From Eledone cirrhosa (lineage: Eukaryota), in NCBI GenBank assembly GCA_964016885.1, contig OZ024742.1, positions 372,744,001-372,808,000 of the forward strand: 64,000 bases of DNA, in the 5' to 3' direction. The notes below the pieces were generated by a model. The model worked only from the letters and a program-made list of their open reading frames with translations, searched no databases and was not told the origin of the DNA. Positions 14,825 through 29,100 of the stretch are shown piece by piece. The position numbers and the translations under genes were made by a program. Positions within the stretch are counted from its first letter, which is position 1; each line of letters opens with the position of its first letter.

Positions 14825-17800
14825 TAAACTGTAAATCTCATTCTATATAAGCTGTAAATCTCATTCTATAAACTGTACATCTCTTTCTATATAAACTGTA
14901 AATCCCATTCTATATAAACTGTATATATCATTCTATAAACTGTAAATCTCATTCTATATACTGTAAATCTCTTTCTCTATAAACTGTAAATCTAATTCTA
15001 TATTAACTGTAAATCTGATTCTATAAACTGTAAATCTCTTTCTATATAAACTGTAAATCTCACTCTATATAAACTGTAAATCTCTTTCTATATAAACTGT
15101 AAATCTCGTTCTATATAAGCTGTAAATCTCATTCTATAAACTGTAAATCTCTTTCTATATAAACTGTAAATCCCATTCTATATAAACTGTATATATCATT
15201 CTATAAACTGTAAATCACATTCTATAAACTGTAAATCTCTTTCTATATAAACTGTAAATCTCATTCTATATAAACTGTAAATCTATTTCTATATGAACTG
15301 TAAATCTCATTCTATATAAATTGTAAATCTCATTCTATAAACTGTGAATCTCATTCTATATAAACTGTAAATCTCATTCTATAAACTGTAAATCTCATTC
15401 TATGAACTGTAAATCTCTTTCTATATAAACTGTAAATCTCATTCTATATAAACTGTAAATCTCATTCTATAAACTGTAAGTCTCTTTCTGTATAAACTGT
15501 AAATCTCATTCTATATAAACTGTAAATCTCTTTCTATATAAACTGTAAATTTCATTCTATAAACTGTAAATCTCATTCTATATAAACTGTAAATCTCATT
15601 CTACATAAACTGTAAATCTCATTCTATAAACTGTAAATCTCTTTCTATATAAACTGTAAATCTCATTCTATATAAACTGTAAATCTCTTTCTATATAAAC
15701 TGTAAATTTCATTCTATAAACTGTAAATCTCTTTCTGTATAAACTGTAAATCTCATTCTATATAAACTGTAAATCTCATTCTATATAAGCTGTAAATCTC
15801 ATTCTATTAACTGTAAATCTCTTTCTATATAAACTGTAAATCTCATTCTATATAAACTGTATATATCATTCTATAAACTGTAAATCTCTTTCTCTATAAA
15901 CTGTAAATCTCTTTCTATATGAATTGTAAATCTCTTTCTATATAAACTGTAAATCTCATTCTATGTAAGCTGTAAATCTCATTCTATGAACTGTAAATCT
16001 CTTTCTATATAAACTGTAAATCTCATTCTATATAAACTGTAAATCTCATTCTATGAACTGTAAATCTCTTTCTATATAAACTGTAAATCTCATTCTATAT
16101 AAACTGTAAATTTCATTCTATAAACTGTAAATCTCTTTCTATATAAACTGTAAATCTCATTCTATATAAACTGTAAATCTCTTTCTATATAAACTGTAAA
16201 TCTCATTCTATATAAACTGTGAATCTCATTCTATAAACTGTAAATCTCTTTCTATATAAACTGTAAATATCATTCTATATACACTGTAAATCTCTTTCTA
16301 TATAAACTGTAAATCCCATTCTATATAAACTGTATATATCATTCTATAAACTGTAAATCACATTCTATAAACTGTAAATCTCTTTCTATATAAACTGTAA
16401 ATCTCATTCTATATAAACTGTAAATCTCTTTCTATATGAACTGTAAATCTCATTCTATATAACTTGTAAATCTCAGTCTATAAACTGTGAATCTCATTCT
16501 ATATAAACTGTAAGTCTCATTCTATAAACTGCAAATCTCATTCTATGAACTGTAAATCTCTTTCTATATAAACTGTAAATCTCTTTCTGTATAAACTGTA
16601 AATCTCATTCTATATAAACTGTAAATCTCTTTCTATATAAACTGTAAATTTTATTCTATAAACTGTAAATCTCTTTCTATATAAACTGTAAATCTAATTC
16701 TATATAAACTGTAAATCTCTTTCTATATAAACTGTAAATCTCATTCTATATAAACTGTGAATCTCATTCTATAAGCTGTAAATCTCTTTCTATATAAACT
16801 GTAAATCTCATTCTATATACACTGTAAATCTCTTTCTATATAAACTGTAAATCTCATTCTATATAAACTGTAAATCTCTTTCTATATAAACTGTAAATTT
16901 CATTCTATAAACTGTAAATCTCTTTCTATATAAACTGTAAATCTCATTCTATATAAAGTGTAAATCTCATTCTATATAAACTGTAAATCTCATTCTATAA
17001 ACTGTAAATCTCTTTCTATATAAACTGTAAATCTCTTTCTATATGAACTGTAAATTTCTTTCTATATAAACTGTAAATCTCATTCTATATAAGCTGTAAA
17101 TCTCATTCTATGAACTGTAAATATCTTTCTATATAAACTGTAAATCTCATTCTACATAAACTGTAAATCTCATTCTATAAACTGTAAATCTCTTTCTATA
17201 TAAACTGTAAATCTCATTCTATATAAACTGTAAATCTCTTTCTATATAAACTGTAAATTTCATTCTATAAACTGTAAATCTCTTTCTATATAAACTGTAA
17301 ATCTCATTCTATATAAACTGTAAATCTCATTCTATATAAGCTGTAAATCTCATTCTATTAACTGTAAATCTCTTTCTATATAAACTGTAAATCTCATTCT
17401 ATATAAACTGTATATATCATTCTATAAACTGTAAATCTCAGTCTATAAACTGTAAATCTCTTTCTCTATAAACTGTAAATCTCTTTCTATATGAACTGTA
17501 AATCTCATTCTATGTAAGCTGTAAATCTCATTCTATGAACTGTAAATCTCTTTCTATATAAACTGTAAATCTCATTCTATATAAACTGTAAATCTCATTC
17601 TATATAAGCTGTAAATCTCATTCTATAAACTGTACATCTCTTTCTATATAAACTGTAAATCCCATTCTATATAAACTGTATATATCATTCTATAAACTGT
17701 AAATCTCATTCTATATACTGTAAATCTCTTTCTCTATAAACTGTAAATCTAATTCTATATTAACTGTAAATCTGATTCTATAAACTGTAAATCTCTTTCT

Positions 17801-20350
17801 ATATAAACTGTAAATCTCACTCTATATAAACTGTAAATCTCTTTCTATATAAACTGTAAATCTCGTTCTATATAAGCTGTAAATCTCATTCTATAAACTG
17901 TAAATCTCTTTCTATATAAACTGTAAATCCCATTCTATATAAACTGTATATATCATTCTATAAACTGTAAATCACATTCTATAAACTGTAAATCTCTTTC
18001 TATATAAACTGTAAATCTCATTCTATATAAACTGTAAATCTATTTCTATATGAACTGTAAATCTCATTCTATATAAATTGTAAATCTCATTCTATAAACT
18101 GTGAATCTCATTCTATATAAACTGTAAATCTCATTCTATAAACTGTAAATCTCATTCTATGAACTGTAAATCTCTTTCTATATAAACTGTAAATCTCATT
18201 CTATATAAACTGTAAATCTCATTCTATAAACTGTAAATCTCTTTCTGTATAAACTGTAAATCTCATTCTATATAAACTGTAAATCTCTTTCTATATAAAC
18301 TGTAAATTTCATTCTATAAACTGTAAATCTCATTCTATATAAACTGTAAATCTCATTCTACATAAACTGTAAATCTCATTCTATAAACTGTAAATCTCTT
18401 TCTATATAAACTGTAAATCTCATTCTATATAAACTGTAAATCTCTTTCTATATAAACTGTAAATTTCATTCTATAAACTGTAAATCTCTTTCTATATAAA
18501 CTGTAAATCTCATTCTATATAAACTGTAAATCTCATTCTATATAAGCTGTAAATCTCATTCTATTAACTGTAAATCTCTTTCTATATAAACTGTAAATCT
18601 CATTCTATATAAACTGTATATATCATTCTATAAACTGTAAATCTCTTTCTCTATAAACTGTAAATCTCTTTCTATATGAATTGTAAATCTCTTTCTATAT
18701 AAACTGTAAATCTCATTCTATGTAAGCTGTAAATCTCATTCTATGAACTGTAAATCTCTTTCTATATAAACTGTAAATCTCATTCTATATAAACTGTAAA
18801 TCTCATTCTATGAACTGTAAATCTCTTTCTATATAAACTGTAAATCTCATTCTATATAAACTGTAAATTTCATTCTATAAACTGTAAATCTCTTTCTATA
18901 TAAACTGTAAATCTCATTCTATATAAACTGTAAATCTCTTTCTATATAAACTGTAAATCTCATTCTATATAAACTGTGAATCTCATTCTATAAACTGTAA
19001 ATCTCTTTCTATATAAACTGTAAATATCATTCTATATACACTGTAAATCTCTTTCTATATAAACTGTAAATCCCATTCTATATAAACTGTATATATCATT
19101 CTATAAACTGTAAATCACATTCTATAAACTGTAAATCTCTTTCTATATAAACTGTAAATCTCATTCTATATAAACTGTAAATCTCTTTCTATATGAACTG
19201 TAAATCTCATTCTATATAACTTGTAAATCTCAGTCTATAAACTGTGAATCTCATTCTATATAAACTGTAAGTCTCATTCTAAAAACTGCAAATCTCATTC
19301 TATGAACTGTAAATCTCTTTCTATATAAACTGTAAATCTCTTTCTGTATAAACTGTAAATCTCATTCTATATAAACTGTAAATCTCTTTCTATATAAACT
19401 GTAAATTTTATTCTATAAAATAAATCTCTTTCTATATAAACTGTAAATCTAATTCTATATAAACTGTAAATCTCTTTCTATATAAACTGTAAATCTCATT
19501 CTATATAAACTGTGAATCTCATTCTATAAGCTGTAAATCTCTTTCTATATAAACTGTAAATCTCATTCTATATACACTGTAAATCTCTTTCTATATAAAC
19601 TGTAAATCTCATTCTATATAAACTGTAAATCTCTTTCTATATAAACTGTAAATTTCATTCTATAAACTGTAAATCTCTTTCTATATAAACTGTAAATCTC
19701 ATTCTATATAAAGTGTAAATCTCATTCTATATAAACTGTAAATCTCATTCTATAAACTGTAAATCTCTTTCTATATAAACTGTAAATCTCTTTCTATATG
19801 AACTGTAAATTTCTTTCTATATAAACTGTAAATCTCATTCTATATAAGCTGTAAATCTCATTCTATGAACTGTAAATATCTTTCTATATAAACTGTAAAT
19901 CTCATTCTACATAAACTGTAAATCTCATTCTATAAACTGTAAATCTCATTCTATATAAACTGTAAATCTCATTCTATATAAACTGTAAATCTCTTTCTAT
20001 ATAAACTGTAAATTTCATTCTATAAACTGTAAATCTCTTTCTATATAAACTGTAAATCTCATTCTATATAAACTGTAAATCTCATTCTATATAAGCTGTA
20101 AATCTCATTCTATTAACTGTAAATCTCTTTCTATATAAACTGTAAATCTCATTCTATATAAACTGTATATATCATTCTATAAACTGTAAATCTCAGTCTA
20201 TAAACTGTAAATCTCTTTCTCTATAAACTGTAAATCTCTTTCTATATGAACTGTAAATCTCATTCTATGTAAGCTGTAAATCTCATTCTATGAACTGTAA
20301 ATCTCTTTCTATATAAACTGTAAATCTCATTCTATATAAACTGTAAATCT
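14825..20350. repeat. Higher-order tandem duplication, period 2757 bp
   Basis: Rare variants recur at +2757: GAATTGTAAA 15921/18678, TGCAAA 16532/19289, TTATTCT 16651/19408. After a 2-bp loss near 19420 the offset is +2755 (ATATAAAGTG 16951/19706). Ends are approximate. Confidence 0.85.
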
Positions 20351-23300
20351 CATTCTATGAACTGTAAATCTCTTTCTATATAAACTGTAAATCTCATTCT
20401 ATATAAACTGTAAATTTCATTCTATAAACTGTAAATCTCTTTCTATATAAACTGTAAATCTCATTCTATATAAACTGTAAATCTCTTTCTATATGAACTG
20501 TAAATCTCATTCTATATAACTTGTAAATCTCATTCTATAAACTGTGAATCTCATTCTATATAAACTGTAAGTCTCATTCTATAAACTGCAAATCTCATTC
20601 TATGAACTGTAAATCTCTTTCTATATAAACTGTAAATCTCATTCTATATAAAATGTAAATCTCATTCTATAAACTGTAAATCTCTTTCTGTATAAACTGT
20701 AAATCTCATTCTATATAAACTGTAAATCTCTTTCTATATAAACTGTATATTTCATTCTATAAACTGTAAATCTCTTTCTATATAAACTGTAAATCTAATT
20801 CTATATAAACTGTAAATCTCTTTCTATATAAACTGTAAATCTCATTCTATATAAACTGTGAATCTCATTCTATAAGCTGTAAATCTCTTTCTATATAAAC
20901 TGTAAATCTCATTTTATATACACTGTAAATCTCTTTCTATATAAACTGTAAATCTCATTCTATATAAACTGTAAATCTCATTCTATAAACTGTAAATCCC
21001 TTTCCATATAAACTGTAAATCTCATTCTATATAAGTTGTAAATCTCATTCTATAAACTGTACATCTCTTTCTATATGAACTGTAAATCCCATTCTATATA
21101 AACTGTATATATCATTCTATAAACTGTAAATCACATTCTATAAACTGTAAATCTCTTTCTGTATAAACTGTAAATCTCATTCTATATAAACTGTAAATCT
21201 CTTTCTATATAAACTGTATATTTCATTCTATAAACTGTAAATCTCTTTCTATATAAACTGTAAATCTAATTCTATATAAACTGTAAATCTCTTTCTATAT
21301 AAACTGTAAATCTCATTCTATATAAACTGTGAATCTCATTCTATAAGCTGTAAATCTCTTTCTATATAAACTGTAAATCTAATTCTATATAAACTGTAAA
21401 TCTCTTTCTATATAAACTGTAAATCTCATTCTATATAAACTGTGAATCTCATTCTATAAGCTGTAAATCTCTTTCTATATAAACTGTAAATCTCATTTTA
21501 TATACACTGTAAATATCATTCTATATACACTGTAAATCTCTTTCTATATAAACTGTAAATCTCACTCTATATAAACTGTAAATCTCTTTCTATATAAACT
21601 GTAAATCTCGTTCTATATAAGCTGTAAATCTCATTCTATAAACTGTAAATCTCTTTCTATATAAACTGTAAATCCCATTCTATATAAACTGTATATATCA
21701 TTCTATAAACTGTAAATCACATTCTATAAACTGTAAATCTCTTTCTATATAAACTGTAAATCTCATTCTATATAAACTGTAAATCTATTTCTATATGAAC
21801 TGTAAATCTCATTCTATATAAATTGTAAATCTCATTCTATAAACTGTGAATCTCATTCTATATAAACTGTAAATCTCATTCTATAAACTGTAAATCTCAT
21901 TCTATGAACTGTAAATCTCTTTCTATATAAACTGTAAATCTCATTCTATATAAACTGTAAATCTCATTCTATAAACTGTAAATCTCTTTCTGTATAAACT
22001 GTAAATCTCATTCTATATAAACTGTAAATCTCTTTCTATATAAACTGTAAATTTCATTCTATAAACTGTAAATCTCATTCTATATAAACTGTAAATCTCA
22101 TTCTACATAAACTGTAAATCTCATTCTATAAACTGTAAATCTCTTTCTATATAAACTGTAAATCTCATTCTATATAAACTGTAAATCTCTTTCTATATAA
22201 ACTGTAAATTTCATTCTATAAACTGTAAATCTCTTTCTATATAAACTGTAAATCTCATTCTATATAAACTGTAAATCTCATTCTATATAAGCTGTAAATC
22301 TCATTCTATTAACTGTAAATCTCTTTCTATATAAACTGTAAATCTCATTCTATATAAACTGTATATATCATTCTATAAACTGTAAATCTCAGTCTATAAA
22401 CTGTAAATCTCTTTCTCTATAAACTGTAAATCTCTTTCTATATGAATTGTAAATCTCTTTCTATATAAACTGTAAATCTCATTCTATGTAAGCTGTAAAT
22501 CTCATTCTATGAACTGTAAATCTCTTTCTATATAAACTGTAAATCTCATTCTATATAAACTGTAAATCTCATTCTATGAACTGTAAATCTCTTTCTATAT
22601 AAACTGTAAATCTCATTCTATATAAACTGTAAATTTCATTCTATAAACTGTAAATCTCTTTCTATATAAACTGTAAATCTCATTCTATATAAACTGTAAA
22701 TCTCTTTCTATATAAACTGTAAATCTCATTCTATATAAACTGTGAATCTCATTCTATAAACTGTAAATCTCTTTCTATATAAACTGTAAATATCATTCTA
22801 TATACACTGTAAATCTCTTTCTATATAAACTGTAAATCCCATTCTATATAAACTGTATATATCATTCTATAAACTGTAAATCACATTCTATAAACTGTAA
22901 ATCTCTTTCTATATAAACTGTAAATCTCATTCTATATAAACTGTAAATCTCTTTCTATATGAACTGTAAATCTCATTCTATATAACTTGTAAATCTCAGT
23001 CTATAAACTGTGAATCTCATTCTATATAAACTGTAAGTCTCATTCTATAAACTGCAAATCTCATTCTATGAACTGTAAATCTCTTTCTATATAAACTGTA
23101 AATCTCATTCTATATAAAATGTAAATCTCATTCTATAAACTGTAAATCTCTTTCTGTATAAACTGTAAATCTCATTCTATATAAACTGTAAATCTCTTTC
23201 TATATAAACTGTAAATTTTATTCTATAAACTGTAAATCTCTTTCTATATAAACTGTAAATCTAATTCTATATAAACTGTAAATCTCTTTCTATATAAACT

Positions 23301-26147
23301 GTAAATCTCATTCTATATAAACTGTGAATCTCATTCTATAAGCTGTAAATCTCTTTCTATATAAACTGTAAATCTCATTCTATATACACTGTAAATCTCT
23401 TTCTATATAAACTGTAAATCTCATTCTATATAAACTGTAAATCTCTTTCTATATAAACTGTAAATTTCATTCTATAAACTGTAAATCTCTTTCTATATAA
23501 ACTGTAAATCTCATTCTATATAAACTGTAAATCTCATTCTATATAAACTGTAAATCTCATTCTATAAACTGTAAATCTCTTTCTATATAAACTGTAAATC
23601 TCTTTCTATATGAACTGTAAATTTCTTTCTATATAAACTGTAAATCTCATTCTATATAAGCTGTAAATCTCATTCTATGAACTGTAAATATCTTTCTATA
23701 TAAACTGTAAATCTCATTCTACATAAACTGTAAATCTCATTCTATAAACTGTAAATCTCTTTCTATATAAACTGTAAATCTCATTCTATATAAACTGTAA
23801 ATCTCTTTCTATATAAACTGTAAATTTCATTCTATAAACTGTAAATCTCTTTCTATATAAACTGTAAATCTCATTCTATATAAACTGTAAATCTCATTCT
23901 ATATAAGCTGTAAATCTCATTCTATTAACTGTAAATCTCTTTCTATATAAACTGTAAATCTCATTCTATATAAACTGTATATATCATTCTATAAACTGTA
24001 AATCTCAGTCTATAAACTGTAAATCTCTTTCTCTATAAACTGTAAATCTCTTTCTATATGAACTGTAAATCTCATTCTATGTAAGCTGTAAATCTCATTC
24101 TATGAACTGTAAATCTCTTTCTATATAAACTGTAAATCTCATTCTATATAAACTGTAAATCACATTCTATGAACTGTAAATCTCTTTCTATATAAACTGT
24201 AAATCTCATTCTATATAAACTGTAAATTTCATTCTATAAACTGTAAATCTCTTTCTATATAAACTGTAAATCTCATTCTATATAAACTGTAAATCTCTTT
24301 CTATATAAACTGTAAATCTCATTCTATATAAACTGTGAATCTCATTCTATAAACTGTAAATCTCTTTCTATATAAACTGTAAATATCATTCTATATACAC
24401 TGTAAATCTCTTTCTATATAAACTGTAAATCCCATTCTATATAAACTGTATATATCATTCTATAAACTGTAAATCACATTCTATAAACTGTAAATCTCTT
24501 TCTATATAAACTGTAAATCTCATTCTATATAAACTGTAAATCTCTTTCTATATGAACTGTAAATCTCATTCTATATAACTTGTAAATCTCATTCTATAAA
24601 CTGTGAATCTCATTCTATATAAACTGTAAGTCTCATTCTATAAACTGCAAATCTCATTCTATGAACTGTAAATCTCTTTCTATATAAACTGTAAATCTCA
24701 TTCTATATAAAATGTAAATCTCATTCTATAAACTGTAAATCTCTTTCTGTATAAACTGTAAATCTCATTCTATATAAACTGTAAATCTCTTTCTATATAA
24801 ACTGTATATTTCATTCTATAAACTGTAAATCTCTTTCTATATAAACTGTAAATCTAATTCTATATAAACTGTAAATCTCTTTCTATATAAACTGTAAATC
24901 TCATTCTATATAAACTGTGAATCTCATTCTATAAGCTGTAAATCTCTTTCTATATAAACTGTAAATCTCATTTTATATACACTGTAAATCTCTTTCTATA
25001 TAAACTGTAAATCTCATTCTATATAAACTGTAAATCTCATTCTATAAACTGTAAATCCCTTTCCATATAAACTGTAAATCTCATTCTATATAAGTTGTAA
25101 ATCTCATTCTATAAACTGTACATCTCTTTCTATATGAACTGTAAATCCCATTCTATATAAACTGTATATATCATTCTATAAACTGTAAATCAAATTCTAT
25201 AAACTGTAAATCTCTTTCTATATAAACTGTAAATCTCATTCTATATAAACTGTAAATCTATTTCTATATGAACTGTAAATCTCATTCTATATAAATTGTA
25301 AATCTCATTCTATAAACTGTGAATCTCATTCTATATAAACTGTAAGTCTCATTCTATAAACTGTAAATCTCATTCTATGAACTGTAAATCTCTTTCTATA
25401 TGAACTGTAAATCTCATTCTATATAAACTGTAAATCTCATTCTATAAACTGTAAATCTCTTTCTGTATAAACTGTAAATCTCATTCTATATAAACTTTAA
25501 ATCTCTTTCTATATAAAATGTAAATTTCATTCTATAAACTGTAAATCTCATTCTATATAAACTGTAAATCTCATTCTATAAACTGTAAATCTCATTCTAT
25601 ATAAACTGTAAATCTCTTTCTATATGACCTGTAAATCTCTTTCTATATAACCTGTAAATCTCATTCTATATAAACTGTAAATCTCTTTCTATATAACCTG
25701 TAAATCTCTTTCTATATAACCTGTAAATCTCTTTCTATATAAACTGTAAATCTCATGCTATAGACTGTAAATCTCATTCTATATGAACTGTAAATCTCTT
25801 TCTATATAAACTGTAAATCTCATTCTATATAATCTGTAAATCTCATTCGATAAACTGTAAATCTCTTTTTATATAAACAGTAAATCTCATTCTATATAAA
25901 CTGTAAATCTCATTCTATGAACTGTAAATCTCTTTCTATATAAACTGTAAATCTCATTCTATATAAAATGTAAATCTCATTCTATAAACTGTAAATCTCT
26001 TTCTATATAAACTGTAAATCTCATTCTATATAAACTGTAAATCTCTTTCTATATAAACTGTAAATTTCATTCTATAAACTCTAAATCTCTTTCTATATAA
26101 ACTGTAAATCTCATTCTATATAAACTGTAAATCTCTTTCTATATAAA

Positions 26148-29100
26148 TGTAAATCTCTTTCTATATAAACTGTAAATCTCATTCTATATAAACTGTAAAT
26201 CTCTTTCTATATAAACTGTAAATCTCATTCTATATAAACTGTAAATCTCTTTCTATATAAACTGTAAATCTCATTCTATATAAACTGTAAATCTCATTCT
26301 ATAAACTGTAAATCTCTTTCTATATAAACTGTAAATCTCATTCTATATAAGCTGTAAATCTCATTCTATTAACTGTAAATCTCTTTCTATATAAACTGTA
26401 AATCCCATTCTATATAAACTCTATATATCATTCTATAAACTGTAAATCTCAGTCTATAAACTGTAAATCTCTTTCTATATAAACTGTAAATCTCTTTCTA
26501 TATGAACTGTAAATCTCTTTCTATATAAACTGTAAATCTCATTCTATGTAAGCTGTAAATCTCATTCTATGAACTGGAAATCTCTTTCTATATAAACTGT
26601 AATTCTCATTCTATGTAAACTGTAAATCTCATTCTATATAAACTGTAAATCTCTTTCTATATAAACTGTAAATCTCATTCTATATAAACTGTAAATCTCT
26701 TTCTATATAAACTGTAAATCTCATTCTATATAAACTGTAAATCCCATTCTATAAACCGTAAATCCCTTTCTATATAACCAGTAAATCTCTTTCTATAGAA
26801 ACTGTAAATCTCATGCTATAAACGGTAAATCTCATTCTATATAAACTGTAAATCTCATTCTATATAAACTCTGAATCTGATTCTATATAAACTGTAACTC
26901 TCATTTTATATAAACTGTGAATCTCATTCTATATAAACTGTATATCTCATTCTATATAAACTGTAAATCTCATTCGATAAACTGTAAATCTCTTTTTATA
27001 TAAAATGTAAATCTCATTCTATAAACTGTAAATCTCTTTCTATATAAACTGTAAATCTCATTCTATATAAACTGTAAATCTCTTTCTATATAAACTGTAA
27101 CTCTCATGCTATAAACTGAAAATCTCATTCTATATAAACTGTAAATCTCTTTCTATATAAACTCTGAATCTGATTCTATATAAACTGTAACTCTCATTTC
27201 ATATAAACTGCGAATCTCATTCTATATAAACTGTATATCTCATTCTATATAAACTGTAAATCTCATTCGATAAACTGTAAATCTCTTTTTATATAAACTG
27301 TAAATCTCATTCTATATAAACTGTAAATCTCATTCTATATAAAATGTAATTCTCATTCTATAAACTGTAAATCTCTTTCTATATAAACTGTAAATCTCAT
27401 TCTATATAAACTGTAAATCTCCTTCTATATAAACTGTAAATTTCATTCTATAAACTCTAAATCTCTTTCTATATAAACTGTAAATCTCATTCTATATAAA
27501 CTGTAAATCTCATTCTATATAAACTGTAAATCTCTTTCTATATAAACTGTAAATCTCATTCTATATAAACTGTAATTCTCTTTCTAAATAAACTGTAAAT
27601 CTCATTCTATATAAACTGTGAATCTCATTCTATATAAACTGTAAATCTCATTCTATAAACTGTAAATCTCTTTCTATATAAACTGTAAATCTCATTCTAT
27701 ATAAGCTGTAAATCTCATTCTATTAACTGTAAATCTCTTTCTATATAAACTGTAAATCTCATTCTATATAAACTGTAATTCTCTTTCTATATAAACTGTA
27801 AATCTCATTCTATATAAACTGTGAATCTCATTCTATATAAACTGTAAATCTCATTCTATAAACTGTAAATCTCTTTCTATATAAACTGTAAATCTCATTC
27901 TATATAAGCTGTAAATCTCATTCTATTAACTGTAAATCTCTTTCTATATAAACTGTAAATCTCATTCTATATAAACTGTAAATCTCTTTCTATATGAACT
28001 GTAAATCTCATTCTATATAACTTGTAAATCTCATTCTATAAACTGTGAATCTCATTCTATATAAACTGTAAGTCTCATTCTATAAACTGCAAATCTCATT
28101 CTATGAACTGTAAATCTCTTTCTATATAAACTGTAAAGCTCATTCTATATAAAATGTAAATCTCATTCTATAAACTGTAAATCTCTTTCTGTATAAACTG
28201 TAAATCTCATTCTATATAAACTGTAAATCTCTTTCTATATAAACTGTATATTTCATTCTATAAACTGTAAATCTCTTTCTATATAAACTGTAAATCTAAT
28301 TCTATATAAACTTTAAATCTCTTTCTATATAAACTGTAAATCTCATTCTATATAAACTGTGAATCTCATTCTATAAGCTGTAAATCTCTTTCTATATAAA
28401 CTGTAAATCTCATTTTATATACGCTGTAAATCTCTTTCTATATAAACTGTAAATCTCATTCTATATAAACTGTAAATCTCATTCTATAAACTGTAAATCC
28501 CTTTCCATATAAACTGTAAATCTCATTCTATATAAGTTGTAAATCTCATTCTATAAACTGTACATCTCTTTCTATATGAACTGTAAATCCCATTCTATAT
28601 AAACTGTATATATCATTCTATAAACTGTAAATCACATTCTATAAACTGTAAATCTCTTTCTATATAAACTGTAAATCTCATTCTATATAAACTGTAAATC
28701 TATTTCTATATGAACTGTAAATCTCATTCTATATAAATTGTAAATCTCATTCTATAAACTGTGAATCTCATTCTATATAAACTGTAAGTCTCATTCTATA
28801 AACTGTAAATCTCATTCTAAATAAACTGTAAATCTCATTCTATATAAACTGTATATATCATTCTATAAACTGTAAATCTCAGTCTATAAACTGTAAATCT
28901 CTTTCTATATAAACTGTAAATCTCTTTCTATATGAACTGTAAATCTCTTTCTATATAAACTGTAAATCTCATTCTATATAAGCTGTAAATCTCATTCTAT
29001 GAACTGTAAATCTCTTTCTATATAAACTGTAAATCTCATTCTATATAAACTGTAAATCTCATTCTATAAACTGTAAATCTCTTTCTATATAAACTGTAAA

